From the human T2T-CHM13v2.0 reference genome, Homo sapiens: 64,000 bases of DNA. Below, piece after piece: positions 17,361 to 28,400 of the stretch (position 1 is the first letter of the stretch; every line of letters starts with the position of its first letter). The notes under the pieces were generated by a model that saw only the letters and a list, made by a program, of their open reading frames with translations, made no database searches and was not told the origin of the DNA. The position numbers were made by a program, and so were the translations under genes. The stretch lies in the NCBI RefSeq assembly GCF_009914755.1, contig NC_060925.1; one strand, given 5' to 3'.

Positions 17361-19196
17361 TAGGAAGAATCAATATCGTGAAAATGGCCATACTGCCCAA
17401 GGTAATTTATACATTCAGTGCCATCCCCATCAAGCTACCAATGACTTTCTTCACAGAATTGGAAAAAAACTACTTTAAAGTTCATATGGAACCAAAAAAG
17501 TGCCCACATTGCAAAGTCAACCCTAAGCAAAAAGAACAAAGCCAGAGGCATCACGCTACCTGACTTCAAACTATACTACAAGGCTACAGTAACCAAAATA
17601 GCATGGTACTGGTACCAAAACAGAGATATAGACCAATGGAACAGAACAGAGCCCTCAGAAATAATGCCACATATCTACAACCATCTGATCTTTGACAAAC
17701 CTGATAAAAACAAGAAATGGGGAAAGGACTCCCTATTTAATAAATGCTGCTGGAAAAACTGGCTAGCCATATGTAGAAAGCTGAAACTGCATCCCTTGCT
17801 TACACCTTGTACAAAAATTAATTCAAGATGGATTAAAGGCTTAAATGTGAGACCTAAAACCATAGAAACCCTAGAAGAAAACCTAGGCAATACCATTCAG
17901 GACATAACCATGGGCAAAGACTTCATGTTTAAAACACCAAAAGCAATGACAACAAAAGCCAAAATTGACAAATGGAATCTAATTACACTAAAGAGCTTCT
18001 GCACAGCAAAAGAAACTGCCATCAGAGTGAAAAGGCAACCTACAGAATGGGAGAAACTCTTTGCAATCTACTCATCTGACAAAGGGCTAATATCCAGAAT
18101 CTACAATGAACTCAAACAAATTTACAAGAAAAAAACAATCCCATCAAAAGTGGGCAAAGTATATGAACAGACACTTCTCAAAAGAAGACATTTATGCAGC
18201 CAAAAGACACATGAAAAAATGCTCATCATCACTGGCCATCAGAGAAATGCAAATCAAAACTACAATGAGATACCATCTCACACCAGTTAGAATGGCAATC
18301 ATTAAAAAGTCAGGAAACAACAGGTGCTGGAGAGGATGTGGAGAAACAGGAACACTTTTACACTGTTGGTGGGACTGTAAACTAGTTCAACCATTGTGGA
18401 AGTCAGTGTGGTGATTCCTCAGGGATCTAGAACTAGAAATACCGTTTGACCCAGCTGTCCCATTACTGGGTATTTACCCAAAGAATTATAAATCATGCTG
18501 CTCGAAAGACAAATACACACGTATGTTTATTGCGGCACTATTCACAATAGCAAAGACTTGGGACCAACCCAAATGTCTAATAATGATAGACTGGATTAAG
18601 AAAATGTGGCACATATACACCATGGATTACTATGCAGCCATAAAAAATGATGAGCTCATGTCCTTTGTAGGGACATGGATGAAGCTGGAAACCATTATTC
18701 TCAGCAAACTATCACAAGGACAAAAAACCAAACACCGCATGTTCTCACTCATAGGTGGGAATTGAACAATGAGAACACATGGACACAGGAAGGGGAACAT
18801 CACACACTGGGGCCTGTTGTAGGGTGGGGTGAGGGGGGAGGGATAGCATTAGGTTATATACCTAAGGCTAAATGATTAGTTAATTGGTGCAGCACACCAA
18901 CATGGCACATGTATCCATATGTAACAAACCTGCACGTTGTGCACATGTACCCTAAAACTTGAAGTATAACAAAAAAAAAAGAATTATGAATACAAATTAT
19001 CTGAGTTACTTTGCTTCACCTATCTATGTATCCTATTTTTCCCTTAATTTGTGTTAATGTGAAATGATTTTCCCCTGACAACCCTGACTATGTTAAATGA
19101 AGGTAGGTATTTACATTTTTAATGTTATGGCCTGGAAAACAATGGAATAAAGAGTAAATGTGGAAATGAAGTGATGATAGCAGAAATAAGTAGGGA

Positions 19197-19201
19197 GGTG
19201 T

Positions 19202-19240
<39 letters not shown>
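19197..19240. repeat. (TG)n microsatellite
   Basis: About 20 TG units with one interruption, ~80 bp upstream of the pseudo-exon 7 acceptor. Confidence 0.95.
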
Positions 19241-19248
<8 letters not shown>

Positions 19249-19321
19249 GAATCTTCATCTCATAAACCTGGATCCTATTGAGTTTGAAATTTATATAACT
19301 CTCTAGTTCATGTCCTATCAG

Positions 19322-19599
19322 GGCTGGGGAGTCTGGTGGTAACTTATGTGGATGCCATCAACAGTGGAGCAGTACCTTGTTTGGAGAACACAGTGATGAC
19401 TCTGGCCCAGCGTGAGAATTCAGTGGCCTTGCAGAGGGCAGCCAACCACTACAGCCAGCAGATGGCCCAGCGAATGAGGTTCCCCACAGACATGCTCCAG
19501 GAGCTGCTGGATATGCACACAGCCTGTGAGAGGGAAGCCATTGCAGTCTTCATGGAGCACTCCAGGGGTGAAAACCAGGAATTTCAGAAGAAGCTCATG
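19322..19599 (+). pseudogene. GBP6-like pseudogene, exon-7 equivalent (frame open)
   Basis: Acceptor cctatcag|, donor |gtacat. Translates LGSLVVTYVDAINSGAVPCLENTVMTLAQRENSVALQRAANHYSQQMAQRMRFPTDMLQELLDMHTACEREAIAVFMEHSRGENQEFQKKLM, the GBP4/6/7-type middle domain. Confidence 0.93.
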
Positions 19600-20281
19600 G
19601 TACATTGTCTTAGCATTTTTCCTTCCCATTTTTGGGCCATTTGGAATTATGTCTAGAATTTGACACATTGCTCCCATGGCTTATCACCTATTCATGGTAA
19701 AGAAGTGTGAATTCTCATCACAGAGAGAGTTCTAGAGAACTTTGTTTCCTTTATTTTTTAACCACAAAGTTTGGGACTTTTATTCAGGATTGTCTGATCT
19801 GTCAAATTCATCATTGCCCATTGCCTCCTCCTATAGTGCATACTGGCATGGTTCCAGAACTCCCCTAAGTCGTTACTTACCTGTTGCTAATCTCTGTGTA
19901 TGCATCCATTCCTAGAATCTTGATTTTCTGGGATGGAATCCCTTAACATGTTATTGTTTACATTTATTTTGTTACTGAAGATAGAATTACAGGAACACTA
20001 CAGCTGCTAAGGAACCATGAAGATTACATATTGCAACCTCAGCATTTCCTGGATGAAGAATCTTCAGCACAGGGAAGTTAATAAGCTTTCCCTACGCCTT
20101 GCAGAGTGGTTTCAGAGTTGAGAGTAAATTAAGTCTCTTGATTCTTGCTACATTGCCTGTGCTGCTCCACTAAAATGTTCTCAAAAGGACCACAGTTAGA
20201 CTACCCATCGAATAAGATTGTTTGAAATTTCATCACCACATCCCTTTCTTCTGGTGACTTTCATCTACATTTCCCTTGCAG

Positions 20282-20493
20282 GAAATCCTAAAGAATAGGA
20301 AGGAGGATTTATGGCTGCAGAACGAACAGGCATCTGTTCAATATTGCAGACTAAATTTAATTGTCTCTTAAAGGCTCTAATGGAAAGATTTTCAGCAGGA
20401 AGGCTCTATATTCCTGGAGGACACAAACTCCACAAGGAAGCAAAGAAAAGAATCAAATGGGACTATTAGCTAGTGCCCAGAAAAGGAGTTAAG
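20282..20493 (+). pseudogene. GBP6-like pseudogene, exon-8 equivalent
   Basis: Acceptor ttcccttgcag|, donor |gtgagt. Translates EILKNRKEDLWLQNEQASVQYC/(frameshift)/QTKFNCLLKALMERFSAGRLYIPGGHKLHKEAKKRIKWDY*LVPRKGVK. One frameshift and one stop. Confidence 0.9.
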
Positions 20494-20899
20494 GTGAGTT
20501 ATGTAAGGAGCATGGGAAAGCTTACAGAATAGAGTCAAGGGGATCTCCTGAAAATCTGGAGCACAGTACCAGCTGTGGATAATACACAGAACATGAGGAT
20601 ATATTATACTTTTAGCTTTTAATGGCCACCATTTGTTGTTAATTCCTCAGGAGAGTAGAAATATCAACTCCCAAAAGAAACAGTACAGGGAAAGAGAACA
20701 GATTTCTTCATCCAATGTTGTATCAGGCATTCTGTCAAATGCCAGTGATTGACAGGTAATGTTAGAGTATTTGCAGTCAAGTCTGATCAAAGTGAGACAG
20801 AATTGAATAAATAGACAATTGCATATAGAGTTATCATGCTTATGGACCTGTGATGCTGGGCTGTCATAATGGAAGTATTAAGCATAATAATAATAATGC

Positions 20900-21210
20900 A
20901 GCCAGGCGCGGTGGCTCACGCCTGTAATCCCAGCACTTTGGGAGGTGAGGAGGGTGGATCACGAGGTCAGGAGATCACGACCATCCTGGCTAACACAGTG
21001 AAACCCTGTCTCTACTAAAAAAATACAAAAAGAATAGCTGGGTATGGTGGTGGGCACCTGTAGTCCCAGCTACTTGGGAGGCTGAGGCAGGAGAATGGTG
21101 TGAACCCAGGAGGCAGAGCTTGAATGAGCAGAGATGGAGCCACTGCACTCCAGCCTGGGCGACTGAGTGAGACTCTGTCTCAAACTAATAATAATAATAA
21201 TAATAATAAT
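20900..21210 (+). mobile_element. AluY/Sc-like with (TAA)n tail
   Basis: Alu body (ggagatc...cctggctaacacagtg) with taataataataatgca on both sides. Confidence 0.9.
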
Positions 21211-21214
21211 GCAA

Positions 21215-21430
21215 CTAACATATGTTGAACAATTATTACCTTTGTGGCAGGCATAGTGTTATAGATGTTTTCATTTAATTCTTCAAATAATGTTATGAAG
21301 CATCTACTCTTATTTCCCACATTTGATACATGTGAACTGGAAGGCTCAGGTAGCTTAAAGAACTTGCCTAGAGTTACATATCTAACAAGTGGCAGGGGAG
21401 AGTAGCAACAGAGTTTGGGGCTGCATTTCA
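21215..21430 (-). mobile_element. MIR fragment
   Basis: MIR core in reverse: aaggctcaggtagcttaaagaacttgcctagagttacata. Confidence 0.6.
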
Positions 21431-21500
21431 TACTGGGTATGTGGTCTAGGAAACCTTCCAGGAAGAAAAGGGTGACAGAAATTTTAAAATGTTTGTACCT

Positions 21501-21857
21501 TACCTTAGTCTATTCAGGATGCTATAACAAAATACCATAAAGTGGGTGACTTATAAACAATTGATATTCATTTCTTATAGTTCTGAGGCTGAGAAGGCAA
21601 AGACCAAGGCACCAGCAGGTTCAGCGTATGATGAGGGTGCACTTTCTGGTTCATAGACAGCACCTTCTTTCTGTGTCCTCACATGGTGCAAGTGAACTCT
21701 AGTCTCTCAGCCCCTTACAGGGGCATTACTCTAATTCATGACAGCTCCACACTCAGGACCTAATCACTTCCCTAATGCCCCACTTCTAATGCCATCACCC
21801 TGGGAATTAGTGTTCAACATATGAATTTGGGAGGACACATATATTCAGACCATAGTG
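21501..21857 (-). mobile_element. MLT1A-like MaLR solo LTR
   Basis: ttagtctattcaggatgctataacaaaataccat...aatttgggaggacacatatattcagaccatag. Confidence 0.7.
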
Positions 21858-21861
21858 TACA

Positions 21862-22661
21862 TGTTGTACAGATTGAGATGCCATCCAAGAGAACAAGCCC
21901 CAGATAAACATGCAAATATATAAAAGCATCAGAGATTTTGGATTGCACAATTGGACATAGTTCTGACTGGCTCGTACCTAGAGCAGGTGGAAGGAAGTAG
22001 TACAGGGAGTAGAACAGGAGGAAGACAAGAAGCAGAAGACCGGGTTGGTCTCTCATCACACTAAGGAGCTATCATGAATTATAAGGGATTCCTGAAGCAT
22101 TATAAGCAGAAAAAAAAAATGACATGGATGAACCTGTTTGTAGAGAACAAATCTTCCTAGTGGAAATCTAAGTTCTTTGCTCCATCTTGTTTCTTCAGGC
22201 AAATAAGTTCCTTCAGCATTTCCTGAAGTCACAGTTGGCAATGGAGGAATGCATCCTGCAGGCTGATAAAGACCTGAACTATAGTAGTCAATCCACAATC
22301 CCTGCAGGAAAGCTTAAGGGATAATGCCCATGAACCCTAATAAAGGCATAGTCCCACAGGTCTTCTCTGTTTCTTGCTTTCTTTCCCCCAGCTCACTGGT
22401 TGAGTTCTCTGCCACTTCCAGACTTCCCATCTGACTCCTAATAGTGGCCTATCCTCTCTGTGGTCTGTAAGTAATACATTTCCCCTGTTTTATGCACTTT
22501 GGTTCCACCTCCTCATTACATCTTACTTCCCTGATATACCCAAACCCAACTCCCCACTACCTTCAACCCACTGAGGGCTCTCCTAGAGAGTGGCTATCTT
22601 GGCTTATGACTACTCTCAACAGAGAATAGTCAAGGTCAAATTAGAGAGAAACCAAACAACA
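21862..22661 (+). mobile_element. ERVL solo LTR (MER74/MER73-like)
   Basis: TG...CA termini; contains ctctcctagagagtggctatcttgg and ends caaattagagagaaaccaaacaaca. Confidence 0.5.
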
Positions 22662-22669
22662 AAAATCAG

Positions 22670-23280
22670 AGAGAAAGCAGAGCAAGATGGTCAGTTTGAA
22701 CCCTCCAGAGACCATTACCCCTACCTAGCAACACCAAATTAAACAACTATCCACACAAGAAAGCACCTTCAAAAGAACCAAAAATCATGTGAATGATCGC
22801 AGTGCCTGGTATTAAAATAATATCAAGGAAAAAGACACTGAAGAGGGTAGGAATGATAGTCTTTAACTGCTGACATCAACCTTTCCCCATTCCCAGCAGT
22901 GGCCATGTGGCACAGAGAGAGAATCTATGTGCCTGTGAAAGAGAGAATACACACAGCCCTAAAGAAAAGGACAAAAGCCTGGCTGGATTTGTCACCAGCA
23001 GACTGAAGAGCCCTTGGGCCTTGTGTGAACATCAGCAGTAACCAGACAGTAGTTGCTGCAAGTCTTGAGCAAGATTCAGTACTATGCTGGCTTCAGGTTT
23101 GACCCAGTGCAATCCTGGTGGTGGTGATAAGGATGTTTGTGTCACCCTTCCCACAACTCCAGACAGCTCAGCATGGAAAGAGATATTCCATTTGTTTGGG
23201 AAAGTAAGAGAAGAGAACAAAAGTCTTTGCTGGGTAATCCATGAAATTGTACTGGATCTTACCTAAGACCACCAAAGCAG
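22670..23280 (+). mobile_element. L1M2-type 5'UTR fragment
   Basis: gagcaagatggtcag...aacaactatccacacaagaaagcaccttc...aagaaccaaaaatca is homologous to the reverse complement of 10260-10373. Confidence 0.75.
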
Positions 23281-23332
23281 TGATGAAGGAGTTTTCTCTT
23301 GACCCCTTTGTTGGATTTGCACCAGGGGTGCC
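23281..23332 (-). mobile_element. 52-bp 3' terminus of a MER52/LTR1-like LTR
   Basis: The reverse complement reads ggcacccctggtgcaaatccaacaaaggggtcaagagaaaactccttcatCA, similar to the LTR end at 32380-32427. Confidence 0.5.
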
Positions 23333-25478
23333 TGATATGGTTTGGCTGTGTCCCCACCAAAATCTCAACTTGAATTCTATCTCCCAGAACTCCCATGTGT
23401 TCTGGGAGGGACAAAGGGGGAGGTAAATCATGGAGGTCTATCTTTCCAGTGCTATTCTCATAATATGAATAAGTCTCATGAGATCTGAAGGGTTTATCAG
23501 GGGTTTTTGCTTTTGCTTCCTCCTCATTTTCTTTTGCTGCCTCCATGTAAGAAGTGCCTTTTGCCTCCCGCCATGACTCTGAGGCCTCCCCAGTCATGTG
23601 GAACTGTAAGTCCAATTAAACCTCTTTTTCTTCCCAGTCCCGGGTATGTCATTATCAACAGCATGAAAATGGACTAATATAGTAAAGTGGTACCAGTATA
23701 GTGGGGTGTTGCTGAAAAGATACCCCAAAATGTAGAAGTGACTTTGGAACTGGGTAACAGGTAGAGGTTGGAACAGTTTGGAGGGCTCAGAAGTAGACAG
23801 AAAAATCTGGGAAAGTTTGGAACTTCCTAGAGACTTGTTGAATGGCTTTGCCCAAAATGCTGATAGTGATATAGACAATAAGGTCCAGGCTGAGGTGGTC
23901 TCAGAGGAACTCAGAGGAGATGAGGAACTTGTTGGGAACTGGAGTAAAGGTGATTCTTGTTATTTTTAGCAAAGAGGCTGACAGCATTTTCCCAATGCCC
24001 TAGAGATTTGTGGAACTTTGAACTTGAGAGAGATGATTTAGGGTATCTGGTGGAAGAAATTTCTAAGCAACAAAGTATTCAAGAGGTGACTTGGGTACTG
24101 TTAAAGGCATTCAGTTTTATAAGGGAAACAGAGCATAAAAGTTTGGAAACCTTGCAGCCTGACTATGTGATAGAAAGGAAAACCCCATTTTCTGGGGAGA
24201 AATTCAAGCCTGCTGCAGAAATTTGCATAAGTAGCAAAGAGCCTAATGTTAATTCCCAACACCATGGGGAAAATGTCTCCAGCCCATGTCAGAGACCTTC
24301 AGAGCAGCCCCTCCTGTCACAGGCCTGAAGGCCCAGGAGGAAAAGTGGTTTCTTGGGCCAGGCCCAGGGTCCCAGTGCTGTGTGTAGCCTAGGGACTTGG
24401 TGCCCTGTGTCCCAGCCACTCCAGCTGTAGCTGAAAGGGGCCAACATACAGCTTGAGCTGTGGATTCAGAGGGTGGAAGGCTCAAGCCTTGGAAGCTTCC
24501 ACATGGTGTTGAGCCTGTGGGTGCCCAGAAGTCAACAATTGAGGTTTGGGAACCTCCACCTAGATTTCAGAAGACGTATGGAAACTCCTGGATGCCCAGG
24601 CAAAAGTTTGCTGCAGGGGTGGGGCCCTCATGGAGAACCTCTTCTAGGGCAGTGCAGAAGGGAAATGTGGGTTCAGAGCCACCACACAGAGTCCCTACTG
24701 GGGAACTGCCTAGTGGAGCTGTGAGAAGAGGGCCACTGTCTTCCAGACCCCAGAATGGTAGATCCACTGACAGCTTGCACTGTGCACCTGGAAAAGCCAC
24801 AGACACTCAACACCAGCCAATGAAAGCAGCCAGAAGAGAGGCTGCACCCCGCAAAACCACAGAGGTGGGGCTACCCAAGACCATGGGGACCCACCTCTTG
24901 CATCAGCATGACCTGGATGTGAGATCTGGAGTCAAAGGATATCATTTTGGAGCTTTAAAATTTGACTGCCCTGCTGGATTTTGGACTTGCATGGGCCCTT
25001 TTTCCCCTCTATTTTGGCCAAATTTCTCCCATTTGGAACAGCTGTACTTATCAGTCCCTGTACCCCACTATATCTAGGAAGTAACTAGATTGATTTTGAT
25101 TTTACTGGCTCATAGGCAGAAGGGACTTGCCTTGTCTCAGATGAGACTCTGGACTGTGGACTTTAAGGTTAATGCTCAAATGAGTTAAAACTTTGGAGGA
25201 CTTTTGGGAAGGCATGATTGGTTTTGAAATGTGAGGACATGAGATTTAGAGGGGCCAAGGACAGAATGATATGGTTTGGCTGTGTCCCCACCAAAATCTC
25301 AACTTGAATTGTATCTCCCTGAATTTCCACATGTTATGGGAGGGACCCACGGGGAGGTAATTGAATCACGGGGCTGGTCTTTCCCATGCTATTCTCATGA
25401 TAATGAATAAGTCTCATGAGATCTGATGGGTTTATCAGGGGTTTTCACTTTTGTTTCCTCCTCATTTTCTCTTGCTAC
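23333..25478 (+). mobile_element. THE1A element: 5' LTR 23333-23681, internal region to 25266, truncated 3' LTR from 25267
   Basis: Both LTRs start tgatatggtttggctgtgtccccaccaaaatctcaacttgaatt and carry the THE1A-type gggtttatcaggggttt. The 3' LTR stops after ~210 bp. Confidence 0.9.
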
Positions 25479-25489
25479 ACACACTGCAT

Positions 25490-28400
25490 CTAACAATCAC
25501 ACAGGGTGAGAATAAGCTGCAGCCGCCACCCAGGCCTCAGGGTAGTCTTGGGGGCCAGCTCTTTCCCCTGTTAAAGGAATTTATTTGCATAGAACAAGAA
25601 GATTTTCTCTCCAGGCACCTCTGCCAACACTTATGCTTAAGCCGTCTCATTTTTCCTTTTCTCCACCATGTCAGGAAGTCATAGCCCTGCAAATACAGGG
25701 AATTTTTCTATGTGAGAGGGTTTTCTTTTTCCTACCTTAACACTCTGCTTACCATAGGGATGAAACAGAGGGGTGATCCCACCAGCGGCTGGCTGCAAAT
25801 TTGGCAAGGGCCATCTGGGACTTAATCTAAAGGAATCCATGCACTCCCCTGAGACAACTTTTTGTCCCAAATTCAATTCCAAGCTTCAGGTTGAAGTCCT
25901 AGGTCTGAGGGATTCAAAAACTAGGTCCGAGGGATTCAAAAGCAGGTAACAATGGAAGATACGTGCACAACTTAGGTGGGCAAAACTAATCCTGCCAATT
26001 AAGCCCCTGTTTCATGGATAGAGGTCATGCTAGTATCCATGGCATAAATGAGGTCCAGGAAACTCAAAGGTTATCAACAGCCAGGGGGATAGACAGTGTA
26101 GGTAAATGCAAATAACTCCTGCCTTCTAGGCCCCCTGCTTCATGGGTGCAGGTCACACCAGGTCTGTGTCACCAGGACTTGGGGATGAAAAGATGGAAGA
26201 GAAAAGGGGACATTCTTCTCTCTCTCCCTCACACACCCTGAGCTTTTGCTGAAAGAGAGAAAGGAATTAAGGAATGCTTATTTTTCTCTCTTTCAGATGG
26301 GTAACTAGCTATCATCAGTCTATACTCCTCTGAAGTGTATCCTGAATCATTGGGACTGCTTTGACCCTCAGACTCTGGAGAAAAAATACCTCATGGTCCT
26401 TTGCACAAAAGTTTGGCAAAATTTTGATTTGCAGGATGGACTGGCTTGGTCTCAGGAAGGAGCCGTTCATTTCGACACCATCCTGCAGCTGGATTTTTTC
26501 TGTAAACATAAGGGCAAATGGTCTGAGGCTTTCTATGTGCAGGCTTTCTTCACCTTACAGTATAATTCGGACCTTTGCCAACATTGCAGGATTGATCCAG
26601 CCCTCCTGTTTGTCATCTCAGGAGAGGCTGCCAAGGGACAATCCCAGGGAACTAAAGGAACAAACCCCAGAGGCATGTCTAGCAGGGGAACAAGCTTTCT
26701 CTGGCCCTGCTCCTCTGGGTCCACCCCATCGTCCCCCTCCAGTTTCTCTCTCTTGTTTGCCCCCTCCTAGAAATCCTCACTCTAGACAGGCCCCAGTCTC
26801 ACTCCTGCCCCTACAACAGATGCCTAGTGAATACGGCCTCAGTAAGGTCCAAGTCCCCTTGTCTCTACAGGACTTAAGGCAAATGAAGGGGAATCTTGGC
26901 AAATTTTCAGATGACCCTGACAGATACATAAAGGCTTTCCAGAATTTCACCCAAGTATTTGAACTGTCCTGGAAAGACGTTATTACTTTTGAACCAAAGC
27001 CTGACAGATACTGAGAAGCAGGGTGCTCTCTGCTTCTCAGAGAGAAGAGAAGCAGCAGAGAGATTTGGGGATAGCATCAGGGAAGGCGGCAAACTTTATT
27101 CAACTGAAGAGAAGCAGTACCAGTGGATGACCCTGGATGGGATCCCAATGATGAGATGGGAGACTGGAAGAGGAGGCACTTTCAGGCCTGCATAATGGAG
27201 GGCTGATGTAGGGCTAGGACCAAGCTTTTCAATTATACCAAGTTCTGCATGATAGACCAGGAATTTGATAAGAATCCCACTGCCTTCCTAAAAATGCTAA
27301 GCACACCTTTCTATCTCCTGATTCGGCCGAAGGACAACTTATCTTGAAGGATAAATTTATTACCCAGGCATTCCCCGATATCAGGAGGAAGTTTCAGAAA
27401 CAGACCCTGGGACCAGATAGAATTTAGAGAACCTCCTGAAAGTGACCACCTATGTTTTTTTAATAGAGACAGGGAGGCCCAGCAGAGAGAGAGGTAATAG
27501 AGGAAAGAGACAGAGGCTTTAATGGCCACCACGAAAGCCCTGAAACCCCATAATTCCCAGGGTGCACCTGTTAACTGCTACAGATATAGAAAGCCAGGAC
27601 ATTTCAAGGATTACCCAGGCAGCATGAGGAAGCCACCTCAAGCCTGTCCAGTCTGCATCGGGGGAAACTGGAAGGTGGACTGTCCCCAGGGATGTTGGTC
27701 ACTGGGTCCAGAACCAATCACCCAAATGGTCCAGCAGCAAGACTGGTGGGACCCTGGGCTCCTCTCCCCACCTCCAGTGGTCCAGACCTCCATTACCATC
27801 CAGGGACCCTGGGTGAATTCTAGAAATGGAAAGGAGGAAATTGGACCTCCTTTTGGAACACCAGGGCTGGTCTCTCGCTTCTCCTCTCTAATCTGGGCCC
27901 CCTCTTCTCTCTTAACATGACCATGACGGGTGTCTCAGGAAAGCCTTTAACCCGATATTTTTCCCAACCACTTAATTGTAGTTGGAGAGACCTTTTGTTC
28001 ACCCATGCTTTTCTAATTATGCCTGAAAGCCCAGCTCCTTTGTTGAGAAGAGATATTCTGGCCCATATGGGGACCACCATCCTGATGGCCCCTGGGAAAA
28101 CTCTTTGTCTCCCCATAGTACAAACCAATATTAACCCAGAAGTTTGGGCAACTTGAGGGAAGATTGGCTAAGCTACAACCACCATACTGGTCCAGGTCCA
28201 CCTTAAGAATCCCACCTCCTTTCCTAACGAGAAACAATATCCCCTGAAACCAGAGGTTAGGAAAGGACTAGAAGCCACTATCAATAACTTGAAGATGCAG
28301 GGCCTCCTCAAACCCTGCAACAGCGGTCTAATACCCCAATATTGGGCATACAAAAACCCAACAGGGAACGCAGGCTAGTTCAGGACCTGTGCCTCAATTC

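Noticed and set aside
24460-25077. 205-aa ORF as a novel gene
   Set aside because: It lies within THE1A-int and is a fragment of the MaLR internal ORF, broken upstream.
25899-25942. 22-bp tandem duplication in the ERV leader
   Set aside because: Real, but only two copies; ordinary slippage with no sign of function.
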